From the NCBI GenBank assembly GCA_018992565.1, contig JACVGW010000015.1:1-41151 (forward strand): a DNA stretch of 41,151 bases, given 5' to 3'. The notes beneath the pieces were generated by a model. That model made no database searches, was not told the DNA's origin, and saw only the letters and a list, made by a program, of their open reading frames with translations. The translations under genes and the position numbers were made by a program. This DNA is from Theionarchaea archaeon. Lineage in GTDB: Archaea > Methanobacteriota_B > Thermococci > Methanofastidiosales > SZ-28-30. Of the stretch, positions 17,729-27,361 are shown piece by piece. Numbering within the stretch: position 1 is the stretch's first letter; each line of letters begins with the position of its first letter.

Positions 17729-18466
17729 TCACCTTAGAAATGAAATCGCATCCTGAAGAAATTCTTCTGTTCTTTCTGTTTCCTCATATTCTGCTGTCAA
17801 CACAGAGTCCCAGGGATGAGACAGTACTTTTCTGAAGTCCACCTCACCATGAGATACAGGTGCCTCTTCTTCAGATGCTACGTTCTTGAGGTGCAGATTC
17901 ACTGTTCTGGGAACAAGGTCCTCGAGTTCGTAAGGACTGCACTGAGCAGCAGAGAAGTTCACCGGGTCCACAGTCAATGAGATAGAAGGATCAGTATGGG
18001 TACTCAAGAATGAGACTGTCTCTTCCACTGTGGCCAGCAACGTAGCTGGAGCATTCTCTATGGCGAGGTGCACCTGGAACTGACAAGCTACCGGGAGAAT
18101 CTCACTCAGGGATTTCTCAAAAGCAGTGGCCATGTCATTTCTTAGGAATGAGGGCACCATACCACTCTGGCACACGACAAATTCACCTTTCGTCCTGCTG
18201 CACAATTCAATGCACGAAGTCACCTTCTGAACTGCGTGCATCCTGTGGTCCTCTCTGAGATCGCACAAATTCTCGTAGATTCCGAACCCAGAAACCTTTC
18301 CCTGATACGGAGAGAGTACATCCTGAGCCATGGATATTTGTGAAAGATCCACATGGGGCGGATATGCCATTACCTCTATAGAATCAAATCCAATGTCCAG
18401 TATAGCATCACATGCTGCTGCTAGGTCCCGGCTTTTATACACTGAACTCACGGCTGCTATCTTCAC
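17729..18466 (-). CDS. Sugar phosphate isomerase/epimerase (xylose isomerase-like TIM barrel)
   Basis: 'GFDSIE', 'LAIEN', 'DPVN', 'NLHLKN', 'GEVDF', 'TAEYE'. Start placed at GTG 18466, about 24 nt after a TTTAAA box; ORF track gives 18490. Confidence 0.8.
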   Translation of the reverse strand: MKIAAVSSVYKSRDLAAACDAILDIGFDSIEVMAYPPHVDLSQISMAQDVLSPYQGKVSGFGIYENLCDLREDHRMHAVQKVTSCIELCSRTKGEFVVCQSGMVPSFLRNDMATAFEKSLSEILPVACQFQVHLAIENAPATLLATVEETVSFLSTHTDPSISLTVDPVNFSAAQCSPYELEDLVPRTVNLHLKNVASEEEAPVSHGEVDFRKVLSHPWDSVLTAEYEETERTEEFLQDAISFLR

Positions 18467-18504
18467 AATGACGCAACACAGGAGAATCATTTAAATCTTT
18501 TCAT

Positions 18505-18604
18505 NNNNNNNNNNNNNNNNNNNNNNNNNNNNNNNNNNNNNNNNNNNNNNNNNNNNNNNNNNNNNNNNNNNNNNNNNNNNNNNNNNNNNNNNNNNNNNNN
18601 NNNN
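18505..18604. other. Assembly gap (100 N)
   Basis: Run of N characters. Confidence 1.
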
Positions 18605-18673
18605 TCGACAGCCACGTATTCAGTGGTTGAGAAATAACCCACACTCTTTTATGTTTCAATGTAATGGAAAGAT

Positions 18674-19468
18674 GTGCTCACAAAGAGAGAAAAGGAATTG
18701 CTGGAAGGTGTAGAGCTATCCTTCATGTTCACCATTGACGCAGAGAGAGACCATTGCCCGCATGGGAAAACATATCACGGGATGACAATGCTGCCTCACG
18801 CTCTTGACTTCTGTACTGATCATGAAATCACTGCAACTGTATTCTGTACAGGAGATATTGCAAGGAAATTCCCTGATATCCTGAAAGAGGTAGCCAAGAA
18901 CCATGAAGTGGGCTGTCACATGGACCACCACGAACCCCTGGTACCAAACGAATACGACAACAGAGTAATATCTCAACAGCATGCAGAAAGAGCACTGCGT
19001 GCAGCCACTGAAGCACTGCGTGCGGTAGCAAATCCTCTGTGTTTCAGAGCCCCCTATCTGGCATTCGATGACAGGTTTATACCTTCACTGATTCACCATG
19101 GGTACCATGTGAGTTCCAGTGTCCCTGCCAGCCACTCTCGAGGGTTAGCAGTCATGGGAGAAATCACTGAGGTATGTGTCTCTGCTTCTTTATCTTTGAA
19201 CCCTCTGCTGGAGTATCATGTATTCTCTCTTGAGAATTTAATGCTGAGAGGTGATTCCCTCTTGAGGGGGCTTTTCGATCTGCTCATTCTGAAGTACTGC
19301 ACTGTCCCCATGCTGCCTGTGGTATTCTTGTGCCACTCCTGGGAACTCACCACATCTGCACTCTGTGCAATACGTGCTATGCTGGATACATTCCCTGACA
19401 CTATGAGGTTTGACACAGTATCTGGATTCAGCCGGAACCTACATGAGAGCCTCAAGGCACGTCTTTAG
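18674..19468 (+). CDS. Polysaccharide deacetylase (CE4/NodB) family protein
   Basis: 'FTIDAE', 'ATVFCTG', 'HEVGCHMDHH', 'FRAPY', 'CHSWE'. Confidence 0.85.
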   Translation: MLTKREKELLEGVELSFMFTIDAERDHCPHGKTYHGMTMLPHALDFCTDHEITATVFCTGDIARKFPDILKEVAKNHEVGCHMDHHEPLVPNEYDNRVISQQHAERALRAATEALRAVANPLCFRAPYLAFDDRFIPSLIHHGYHVSSSVPASHSRGLAVMGEITEVCVSASLSLNPLLEYHVFSLENLMLRGDSLLRGLFDLLILKYCTVPMLPVVFLCHSWELTTSALCAIRAMLDTFPDTMRFDTVSGFSRNLHESLKARL

Positions 19469-20380
19469 TCCCTCTTCAAGACTGTGCCTGGGAAAAGTAC
19501 CACATAATGAGACGATCTTTGAAATATCTGCCTGTCTGTGTATGATTTCATACTCCTGGGGCCTTCTTCTGTCCAGTTCCACAAAGGCAATTTCACACTC
19601 TTTGATTGAAAGCGAAGAAATGAGTTCAGCCAGCTTTTTCAACGAGGTGTTCTCACCTGACCCCACATTATAAATGTTGAATCCCCTGTTGCGGTTCATA
19701 GCCTCAAGAGTCAGGAAAACAGCATCGTCAATATAGCTGAAATCTCTGGTCTGAGCGCCAGATCCATACACTGGAAGGACCTCACCCTTGAGTGTATGCC
19801 GCAGAAATTGAGGGATGACAAAATTGTCATTCTGATGTGGCCCATACACATTGAAATAGCGGAACACGCAGGTGTCAATCCCATAGAGCGTTGCATACTC
19901 CTCGCAGTATCTCTCAGCTGCAACTTTGGCCACAGCATATGTTGACCTGGGAACCAGAGGGTCATCCTCGCGGGAGGGAAGCCGTAACGGCTCTCCGTAC
20001 ACTTCTGAGGATGAGGCAAACACAAATGTTTTGACTTCACCCCGTACGCTTTCAGAAAGGAGAAGAGAGATTCCCTTCAATGTTGAATCCAGAACGTCAA
20101 TTCCATGAGAAGCTGCCCGTATGACACCTACTTTTGCAGCAAAATGAAGGACAGTATCTGTATCTTTCACAGACTGTCTGACGTCTTCTGCATTCGTGAT
20201 ATCTCCTTCTATTAGATGGAAATTCTCGCATGATACTATCTTCTCAAGTCGCTCTAGATTTCCGGAACTGAAATTGTCCAGAACCGAAACATCTGCTCCT
20301 TCCTCAACCAGGCGAGTGCATAAGTGAGAACCAAGAAAGCCAGCACCTCCTGTGACCAAAACTCTGGAACCCGCAATCAT
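19439..20380 (-). CDS. NAD-dependent nucleotide-sugar epimerase/dehydratase
   Basis: 'VTGGAGFLGSHL', 'ASSSEVYG', YxxxK 'YAVAK', 'RYFNVYGP', 'TRDFSYIDD'. Confidence 0.93.
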   Translation of the reverse strand: MIAGSRVLVTGGAGFLGSHLCTRLVEEGADVSVLDNFSSGNLERLEKIVSCENFHLIEGDITNAEDVRQSVKDTDTVLHFAAKVGVIRAASHGIDVLDSTLKGISLLLSESVRGEVKTFVFASSSEVYGEPLRLPSREDDPLVPRSTYAVAKVAAERYCEEYATLYGIDTCVFRYFNVYGPHQNDNFVIPQFLRHTLKGEVLPVYGSGAQTRDFSYIDDAVFLTLEAMNRNRGFNIYNVGSGENTSLKKLAELISSLSIKECEIAFVELDRRRPQEYEIIHRQADISKIVSLCGTFPRHSLEEGLKTCLEALM

Positions 20381-20449
20381 ATGACAACTCCCAACATAAG
20401 ATTTATAAACTTACAGGATGAGAAGGTTCTACATGCAGAGGTGAAATAC

Positions 20450-20527
20450 ATGAACGACGAAAAACAACCTTTTGAGAAGCCCGATATCCGGGAAATCGAA
20501 GTGTTGATGGTGTCGTATGAGTCCTGA
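20450..20527 (+). CDS. Short acidic peptide, 25 aa MNDEKQPFEKPDIREIEVLMVSYES (candidate precursor)
   Basis: GAGGTGA RBS and TTTATAAA box (20402-20409) upstream; overlaps the next start by 11 nt. Confidence 0.6.
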   Translation: MNDEKQPFEKPDIREIEVLMVSYES

Positions 20528-21260
20528 TCTGCATATACCCACCTTCAACGTAGGCACCAATCCCCTTATTGGGTACAGTTATGTTCCGGAGAAGAGAGTC
20601 ACTCTTTCTGATGCGGAAAAGAAAGGAATTTTGGATGCATGTGAAGCCGCAGGTGTTCATGGAGCAGTCCTCCAGACAGAACCTGAGCTGGTGGCCTTGT
20701 TCCAATCCTATGATTTTGCAATCACCGGCGTAGTGGGAGCCAACATCAGGCCCACCAAGGAGTTCATGACGGGTGTCACAGTTAAAGGAATCCTCAAAGA
20801 AATCCAGGAGGAACTCAATGTATTGCAGCAGTTTTCTGATTTGAGAGTGTGTTTACATGGGATTATCACTGATGCTCTCATAAGGTCACAGAACCAACAT
20901 GTGTTGTCTGATGTTTTGACCTCACTCAGGACCGCAGGCATACCAGCAGGAACAGCTACTCACTTCCCGGGTGACACTGTCGGGACACTGCAGGATGCAG
21001 GAGCAGACTTTTGTGTGTGTGGGTTCAACCCCTTGGGATTCATGATGAAGCCTTCTCTGGAGATCACCTTGAAGGCCCTTGAAGGAGTGCATATACCTGT
21101 CATTGCCAAAAAAGTGATGGCCGGTGGATGGCTCACCCTGGATAGAGTCGTCCCGTTTCTCACAGAGCACAAGAAGCTGATAGACTCCTGCGTCATCGGG
21201 GTCTCCAGTCCTGAGGAGGTTGAGAGGACCTTTGGCGCTGTGAGGACTGTCTTCTGCTGA
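20517..21260 (+). CDS. Uncharacterised protein, possibly aldo/keto-reductase-like (paralog of 16969-17724)
   Basis: 'VGTNPLIGYSY', 'GTATHFP', 'NPLGFMM', 'KKVMAGG', 'GVSSPEEV'. Confidence 0.6.
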   Translation: MSPDLHIPTFNVGTNPLIGYSYVPEKRVTLSDAEKKGILDACEAAGVHGAVLQTEPELVALFQSYDFAITGVVGANIRPTKEFMTGVTVKGILKEIQEELNVLQQFSDLRVCLHGIITDALIRSQNQHVLSDVLTSLRTAGIPAGTATHFPGDTVGTLQDAGADFCVCGFNPLGFMMKPSLEITLKALEGVHIPVIAKKVMAGGWLTLDRVVPFLTEHKKLIDSCVIGVSSPEEVERTFGAVRTVFC

Positions 21261-21275
21261 TTTCTGGGTGAGGGT

Positions 21276-22367
21276 TCAGTCTGTATATGTGGCATAGAGC
21301 TCATTGAGAGGAGAGAGCACCCGAGGCCACGCGAACTTCTGGACATTCTTGAGCCCTTCAGTCCTGTAGTCATCATATCCGCGCGCCAGCACCTGAAAGG
21401 CATCACATGCACCTTCAAGGTCGTCCAGGCGAAAGAGGACCCCTCCCTTAAGCTGGTGCATGAGCTCTGCTGTTCCTGGATTGTCTGAAGCCAGGACAGG
21501 TGTCCCGCACGCTACAGATTCAAGAGTAGTCATGCCGAAGGCCTCTGTAGTTGAAGGAGACACCGTGAATGAAGCTGTCCTGTACAGGCGGGCCAGGTCT
21601 TCACCATACACGTTCCCCCAGAAGATGGTGGAATCTTTGATGTTCAGGTCCCTCACCAGCTGTTCTGCTGGGCGTCTTTCAGGACCATCTCCTACCAGCC
21701 AGAGTGCATACTCATGCTGCTTTCTGATTTCAGAATACAGCCTTAGCAGAAAAGGAATGTTCTTCTCTCTGCTGAATCTTCCCACAAAAAGAATTGCACT
21801 CTCTTTTTCATCGTTGTTGCCTCTGTTTCTTTGTGGATGGAAAGTATCCAGGTCCACCCCATTGCTTATCACATGTATGGGGGGGTTCTTCCCTTCTGCT
21901 GCAGAAGAGAAGTCAAGAAGACTCTCTTTGACACTCTCTGATACACAGACGATCTCATTACTGTCATATATGAGCTGGGTTATCAAATCCTGGTGAGCCG
22001 CAAAAAACGCCTCTTCTGCATGATCAGGATGCTGTAAATTCATGTGAAAACTTGAAATGAGGGGTTTCTTTGTTAGCTGGGAAAGCATCAATCCCAGGAG
22101 GCCCAGATATACATTGCACTGCACATCAATGACAGCCACTTCTTTCATATCAACAGCATCCAGGACAGCTCTGAGAAACTGACCCCTGTTGCTGTAGTCC
22201 AGGTATAAAACATTGGGTTCGAAATCCTTGGACGGATGTTTGCTGTGAGGAGGCAACAAAGGGGAAACTACTGAAAACTCGTGATCCATGTACTTGAGTA
22301 TGTTTTGACTTCGTGTCTCAATCCCTCCTACAAATGGGTGGCACTGTGACAGTAAGAGCACGTTCAT
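21276..22367 (-). CDS. Glycosyltransferase family 4
   Basis: 'GGIE', 'ISNGVDL', 'FVGRFSREKN', 'EAFGMTTLESVACGTPV'. Confidence 0.92.
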   Translation of the reverse strand: MNVLLLSQCHPFVGGIETRSQNILKYMDHEFSVVSPLLPPHSKHPSKDFEPNVLYLDYSNRGQFLRAVLDAVDMKEVAVIDVQCNVYLGLLGLMLSQLTKKPLISSFHMNLQHPDHAEEAFFAAHQDLITQLIYDSNEIVCVSESVKESLLDFSSAAEGKNPPIHVISNGVDLDTFHPQRNRGNNDEKESAILFVGRFSREKNIPFLLRLYSEIRKQHEYALWLVGDGPERRPAEQLVRDLNIKDSTIFWGNVYGEDLARLYRTASFTVSPSTTEAFGMTTLESVACGTPVLASDNPGTAELMHQLKGGVLFRLDDLEGACDAFQVLARGYDDYRTEGLKNVQKFAWPRVLSPLNELYATYTD

Positions 22368-22376
22368 GAGAACCCC

Positions 22377-23663
22377 CTAGGGGATGGTAATCCCTCTCTT
22401 TATGAAGAATGGATCACACAGTATATCAAGCCATAACCGTGCCTGCTGCTTAATGGAAAAGCCATCTGTTTCGCAAACAGGGGCAAAAAAGTGGTATGTG
22501 GAGAACTGCTTGTTGACAACGGTAATTCCATAGGCTTCTGGGTTCTCGTAGATGTCTGAGCCGGGATATGGATTCAGATTATGGATGATGACTCGATCAA
22601 AATTCAGGCGTTTGATGAACTCTAATGTCTGCCTGGCAGTATCTTCCGTTTCTGAAGGAAGTCCAATGATAAAAGACCCGATAGCCTTGATGCCCACCTT
22701 CTTACAGGCTTGTACTACATGCTCAACCTGGTGGAGGTCAATTCCCTTGCCAACTCTATCCAGGATAGATTGAACACCGCTCTCCACCCCAAGGCACACA
22801 GCATAGCAGCCCGCCTTCTTCATCTTCTTCAGAAGGGGCTCAGACAGCCTGTCCACCCGCGATTCGCAAATCCACCTCATTCCGGTCTGGTCCTCTATGA
22901 GGAGATCCGAAATCTGTTCTGTGCGCTTCATGTCAAAAGTGAAAAGTTCATCCACAATCTGTAATTCTTCAACTCCATACTGGTACCGCAGCATTTTCAT
23001 TTCTTCAAAGACATTCGCTGCACTCCTTCCCCTCCACTTCCGTCTGAAAAATGTGTTCATTGAACAGAATGCACAGTTGTAAGGACAGCCGCGACTTGTA
23101 GACATGACTGCTGCATTTTTGGGAATTGACTGCTGCATGAGTTCTCTCGTGGGAAATAAGTCGTAGGCAGGAAACGGCAGTGTATCCAGATCATCAATGA
23201 GTGGTCTATCCGGATTTCTGACAACTGCTCCATTCTTCCTGCAGGTGATGCCCCTGGTGGAAGTGAAGGTTCCGTCATAGTATGACTGGACAAGTTCCAG
23301 GAAGGTGTGCTCTCCCTCTCCCCTGACCACTGCATCAACGTAGTCCAGCTCAGCAGTCTCAGTATCAAGGTACGTGGGCATTAATCCCCCCATGACAGTG
23401 AAAACTGAGATGTTATCCTTTAGTGCTTTCAAGATTTGAAGGGAACCTGGATATGTTGCAGCGATACTTGATACCCCTACAATATCAGGGCCCATGGAGG
23501 AAACACTGTTCACTATTTCGTCAACAGTAGTCTTTCGCGCTGTAGCGTCGACAATTCTCACCTCTATTCCATGTTCTCGCAGGACACCTGCCACATATCC
23601 AAGGCCGATATTAACTCGAGGACCCCATTCTGAAACATAAGGTGGGTTTATTAACACAATCAT
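22377..23663 (-). CDS. B12-binding domain radical SAM enzyme
   Basis: 'IGLGYVA', 'GGLMPT', 'RGEGE', 'SRGCPYNCAFC', 'GVESG'. Confidence 0.92.
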   Translation of the reverse strand: MIVLINPPYVSEWGPRVNIGLGYVAGVLREHGIEVRIVDATARKTTVDEIVNSVSSMGPDIVGVSSIAATYPGSLQILKALKDNISVFTVMGGLMPTYLDTETAELDYVDAVVRGEGEHTFLELVQSYYDGTFTSTRGITCRKNGAVVRNPDRPLIDDLDTLPFPAYDLFPTRELMQQSIPKNAAVMSTSRGCPYNCAFCSMNTFFRRKWRGRSAANVFEEMKMLRYQYGVEELQIVDELFTFDMKRTEQISDLLIEDQTGMRWICESRVDRLSEPLLKKMKKAGCYAVCLGVESGVQSILDRVGKGIDLHQVEHVVQACKKVGIKAIGSFIIGLPSETEDTARQTLEFIKRLNFDRVIIHNLNPYPGSDIYENPEAYGITVVNKQFSTYHFFAPVCETDGFSIKQQARLWLDILCDPFFIKRGITIP

Positions 23664-23665
23664 TG

Positions 23666-24358
23666 CTATCGTCTCCTCCTGAAGTGAGACAGGTCACTCA
23701 CAGCCGCAGGCCCCGGGCAATGGAGTGCTTCTGCATATAAACATCCAGCCTCAATGCCGCGAATTCTGGGCTGTATCTCTGCATGAGAGAAGACATCTTT
23801 CAGGATAGGGTACTGCGTCTTGTATTCTCTGAGTACCTCCTTTTTCCTTTCATATTCTGAAGTTATATCTACGTAAACCATGGGTTGAAAGTCCCGTGTA
23901 CTGTATTCCTCCCACATGAATATGTTGGAAACCTTATGATGTGGCACATCAGGTAACACCCTGGGGAAAGTGCTGAGATGGCATGCAGTCTTCACCACAG
24001 AACTCACAGACGCGTGGTCTGGATGGACGTCCTGGGTGAAATGAGTGAACACCAGATCCGGGGCGAACTGCCGTATTTTCAGAATGATCAGGTTGAGAAG
24101 CTCCTCTCCCACGTACTGTATTTTCAAATCAGGCATATGAAGAAATTCAACAGTAATACCAAGGGTTCTACAGAGAAGGTCCTGTTCCTTCTCCCGCACT
24201 GCCTTCAAGAAGCTCTCTTCCAGAAGCGGCAGTCCCTTCTCTGCTGACGTTACATTAACCAGGAGGATATCATCTCCCATGGCCTTATGCTTGAGGATAA
24301 TACCTCCTGCTCCCAGGAATGCATCATCCGGGTGAGCCGAAATAAAGATCATACGCAC
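23666..24358 (-). CDS. PIG-L/LmbE family N-acetylglucosaminyl deacetylase
   Basis: 'SAHPDD' and 'DVHPDH' zinc motifs; 'VDITSEYERK', 'YAEA'. Confidence 0.9.
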   Translation of the reverse strand: MRMIFISAHPDDAFLGAGGIILKHKAMGDDILLVNVTSAEKGLPLLEESFLKAVREKEQDLLCRTLGITVEFLHMPDLKIQYVGEELLNLIILKIRQFAPDLVFTHFTQDVHPDHASVSSVVKTACHLSTFPRVLPDVPHHKVSNIFMWEEYSTRDFQPMVYVDITSEYERKKEVLREYKTQYPILKDVFSHAEIQPRIRGIEAGCLYAEALHCPGPAAVSDLSHFRRRR

Positions 24359-24385
24359 AGGTACTCCTCCTTCTTTACATGCAAA

Positions 24386-24410
24386 AGATTTATAAGTTTC
24401 TTATAAATGT
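24386..24410. promoter_or_regulatory. Divergent TATA boxes between deacetylase operon and PqqD operon
   Basis: AGATTTATAAG on plus strand and TTATAAAT (ATTTATAA on minus) within a short intergenic gap. Confidence 0.5.
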
Positions 24411-24457
24411 AACTGTGCGAGATCCTTCCAGTGAAAATGCTATCGAGTGTGACGAAA

Positions 24458-24703
24458 ATGAAACTCAATCCAGATATTGTTTGGAGAGATCAAGACGAAA
24501 ACGTTTTGGTGTTTGATCCTGCAGATGGTAAGATCTATAAGACTAACAAGAGCGGTGCAATCGTTTGGAAACTTCTGGAAAAGCCAGAAGAAGAGATTGT
24601 AGCGGAACTTATGAAGATTTTTGACGTGGATGAGGAAGCGGCCACTGCCAGCGTGAGGGAGTTCGTGGAAAAGGTTGGAACTATTGGCTTTGTAGAAGAG
24701 TAG
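24458..24703 (+). CDS. Stand-alone PqqD family / RiPP recognition element protein
   Basis: About 81 aa; 'VWRDQDENVLVFDP...IYKTNKSGAIVWKLLE...EIVAELMKIFDVDEEAATASVREFVEKV...GFVE' is the classic PqqD pattern. ORF track start 24431. Confidence 0.88.
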   Translation: MKLNPDIVWRDQDENVLVFDPADGKIYKTNKSGAIVWKLLEKPEEEIVAELMKIFDVDEEAATASVREFVEKVGTIGFVEE

Positions 24704-24716
24704 GGACAGGGATACA

Positions 24717-26024
24717 ATGAGAGTTCTTCTCATACAGCCTCCGAGGCCCTATTCTTCCCATGACTCTGACTGGTTGAATTCCACCCCCATTGGACTTGCC
24801 TATATTGCTGCAGTTCTGCGGGAGGCGGGACATACCATTGATGTTCTGGACATGCCCTCTCAGGGGCTGACCCCAGAATCTGTGGAAGGTGTCATGAGAA
24901 GATTCCGGCCCGAGGTAGTGGGGTGTTCCGTGGCTACGGTGGGATACCTACCTGCACTGAGAGCGCTCACTGTCTGTAAGCGCTGCGATCCCACTGTCAC
25001 GACTATTCTGGGCGGTATCCACGCCACTTTTGAAGATACTGATGCAGCATCACAGGAGTCTGTGGACTATGTGGTGAGAAACGAGGGAGAACACACAATA
25101 GTACAGTTACTTGACTGCATTGAGAAGCAGCACTCCCCCCAGGCTCTCAGGGGGATAACATATCATCATTCTACTCTCGTGAGAGCTGAGGACGCTCCCC
25201 CTGTTTCTGACCTGGATGCACTTCCTTTCCCTGCGCACGATCTTTTCCCTCTGAGCCACTACCCCGAGTATGGCATGGTTGCAGTAAATACCAGCAGGGG
25301 GTGTGCCCACAAGTGCATCTTCTGTTCTACACGTTCCATGTTCAGGACATACAGGTTCAGATCTGCAGAAAGCGTTGTGGAAGAATTGAAGTATGTGCAT
25401 GAGCTGTATCCCAAGAAAAAAATACTGGTTGGAGATGACACCTTCACTCTCAACAGGAAACGGGCAATGAAAATCTGCTCATTGATACGGGAGGAAGGCC
25501 TGGACATTGACTGGAACTGCGAAACCAGGGTAGATACCATTGACGACGAGATGCTCAGTGAACTGAAGAAGGCGGGATGCTATGCGGTCTACTATGGGCT
25601 GGAAACAGGATCGCAGGAGAACCTGGACCGTGTAAGAAAAGGAACAACCGTCCAGAAAGGTGTGGAAGCTGTTGGAAAGGCATTTTCAGCAGGTATCGAC
25701 CAGACGCTTGTGGGATTCATACTTGGATTTCCCTGGGAAAAAGAAGCAGATATTGAAAAATCCATTGCACTCGTTCTACATTTGAGAAAGAAGTTCGGGC
25801 TTAATCTCATAGCATATGGCAAGTTTCCTATCCCCTTTCCTGGAACTGAACTGGTAGACATGATAGAGCAAGGAGACATTACTGTTTACCAGGGCATGTA
25901 CCAGAACTGGGAGGACTACCAGGGTTACAAGCCTATCATGGTGACAGAGCACATAGCCAGGAACAGGCTCCACGAATTATACCTGGAATTCTGTGCTGCC
26001 TGTCTTTCACGGCCCCGGAAGTGA
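24717..26024 (+). CDS. B12-binding domain radical SAM enzyme
   Basis: 'PIGLAYIAA', 'GGIHAT', 'NEGE', 'SRGCAHKCIFC', 'DDTFT'. Confidence 0.92.
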   Translation: MRVLLIQPPRPYSSHDSDWLNSTPIGLAYIAAVLREAGHTIDVLDMPSQGLTPESVEGVMRRFRPEVVGCSVATVGYLPALRALTVCKRCDPTVTTILGGIHATFEDTDAASQESVDYVVRNEGEHTIVQLLDCIEKQHSPQALRGITYHHSTLVRAEDAPPVSDLDALPFPAHDLFPLSHYPEYGMVAVNTSRGCAHKCIFCSTRSMFRTYRFRSAESVVEELKYVHELYPKKKILVGDDTFTLNRKRAMKICSLIREEGLDIDWNCETRVDTIDDEMLSELKKAGCYAVYYGLETGSQENLDRVRKGTTVQKGVEAVGKAFSAGIDQTLVGFILGFPWEKEADIEKSIALVLHLRKKFGLNLIAYGKFPIPFPGTELVDMIEQGDITVYQGMYQNWEDYQGYKPIMVTEHIARNRLHELYLEFCAACLSRPRK

Positions 26025-26028
26025 CCGC

Positions 26029-27357
26029 ATGAGAATCCTCCTTGTGGTTCCTCCTCTTGATGCTCCTCCGAAACCCCTGGTGTTTGATCCTGTCCCAGCT
26101 CAGGCCCCCTTCCCTCCACTGGGAGTCCTGTACATATCAGCTGCTCTTGCCCATGAGGGACATGATGTCACGGTTTTTGACGGGACATTCCGGAAGGATC
26201 TGGACTCATTTTGCAGAGGCAGGCAGATTGATATGGCAGGAGTGTATTCCACTGTGCTGCATTACTCTGCTCTGCTTGAAACCTGCAGAACCCTCAAGGC
26301 GCACTCACTGCCTGTGGTGATTGGCGGTCCTCTCCCCTCATGCTATCCTCAGCTGATTACCTGTGATGACGTTGATTTTCTGGTGGCTGGAGAAGGTGAA
26401 GGTGCTATCACCATGCTGGCAGAACACGTTGAGGCTTCCGGTGAGTATACTATACCTCCTGGTTCTACCATTCCAAACCTCGTGTGGAAGGACCATGGGA
26501 TTCATCACAGTCCAACCACAAGAGTTGAAGATGTTGACTCGCTCCCCTACCCGGACAGAGACAACTTCATTTTTGAAGACTATATGGCTGTCTGGAAGAA
26601 GCACTTCGGATTTACCTGCACATCACTGCTGTCCTCGAGAGGATGCCCTTATACATGCAATTTCTGCGATAAGAGCGTCTTTGGCACTCTCTACAGGGCC
26701 CGGTCAGTAGAAAACATCATGCCTGAGATCTTCTACTTGAAAGAGAGAGGAATTGACAAAATATGGTTTGCTGACGATTTATTTACCCTGGATAAAAAGC
26801 GCGTTCTCTCTTTGTGTGCAGAACTGCAGAAAGAGCATCTCGATCTGGAATGGTACTGTGAAAGCCGTGTAGATACTCTAGATAAAGAGATGCTGGAGAC
26901 TATGAAGAAGGCAGGATGCAGCTGGATTGGGTTTGGTGTAGAATCTGGAAATCCTGACATTCTCGCCTACATCAGAAAAGGACACGATCTGGAGGCAGTG
27001 GAAAAGGCCTTCAGAATGGCCAGGGAGGCAGGAATCAAGCGATGTGCTTACTTCATCCTGGGATTCCCCCGTGACACTCCTCAGACTGTGGAAGACACAA
27101 TTCAGTTTGCCATGTCAATCGACCCTGACAGCGTGGAGTTCTCGCTTCCTATTCCAATTCCAGGAACCTCATTATCACACGATGTTGAGACAATAACCCA
27201 GGGGTTTGACAGGTTTGACAACAGGATGTCCCTGGTTTTTGAGCATCCACATTTCACCAGAACAGAGGCAGAAACTATGGTGGAGCGAGCGTACATTCGC
27301 TTCACTGAATTCAAGAGAAAAGCTGATCCTGACTTCGCCCTTGAGGATCAATGGTGA
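26029..27357 (+). CDS. B12-binding domain radical SAM enzyme
   Basis: 'PPLGVLYI', 'GEGE', 'SRGCPYTCNFC', 'DDLFT', 'GVESG'; start placed at ATG 26029 (MRILLVVPP). Confidence 0.92.
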   Translation: MRILLVVPPLDAPPKPLVFDPVPAQAPFPPLGVLYISAALAHEGHDVTVFDGTFRKDLDSFCRGRQIDMAGVYSTVLHYSALLETCRTLKAHSLPVVIGGPLPSCYPQLITCDDVDFLVAGEGEGAITMLAEHVEASGEYTIPPGSTIPNLVWKDHGIHHSPTTRVEDVDSLPYPDRDNFIFEDYMAVWKKHFGFTCTSLLSSRGCPYTCNFCDKSVFGTLYRARSVENIMPEIFYLKERGIDKIWFADDLFTLDKKRVLSLCAELQKEHLDLEWYCESRVDTLDKEMLETMKKAGCSWIGFGVESGNPDILAYIRKGHDLEAVEKAFRMAREAGIKRCAYFILGFPRDTPQTVEDTIQFAMSIDPDSVEFSLPIPIPGTSLSHDVETITQGFDRFDNRMSLVFEHPHFTRTEAETMVERAYIRFTEFKRKADPDFALEDQW

Positions 27358-27361
27358 TGGA

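Noticed and set aside
20324..20449. Longer 67-aa version of the 20450 peptide
   Set aside because: Overlaps the divergent epimerase gene and its promoter; TATA and RBS point to ATG 20450.
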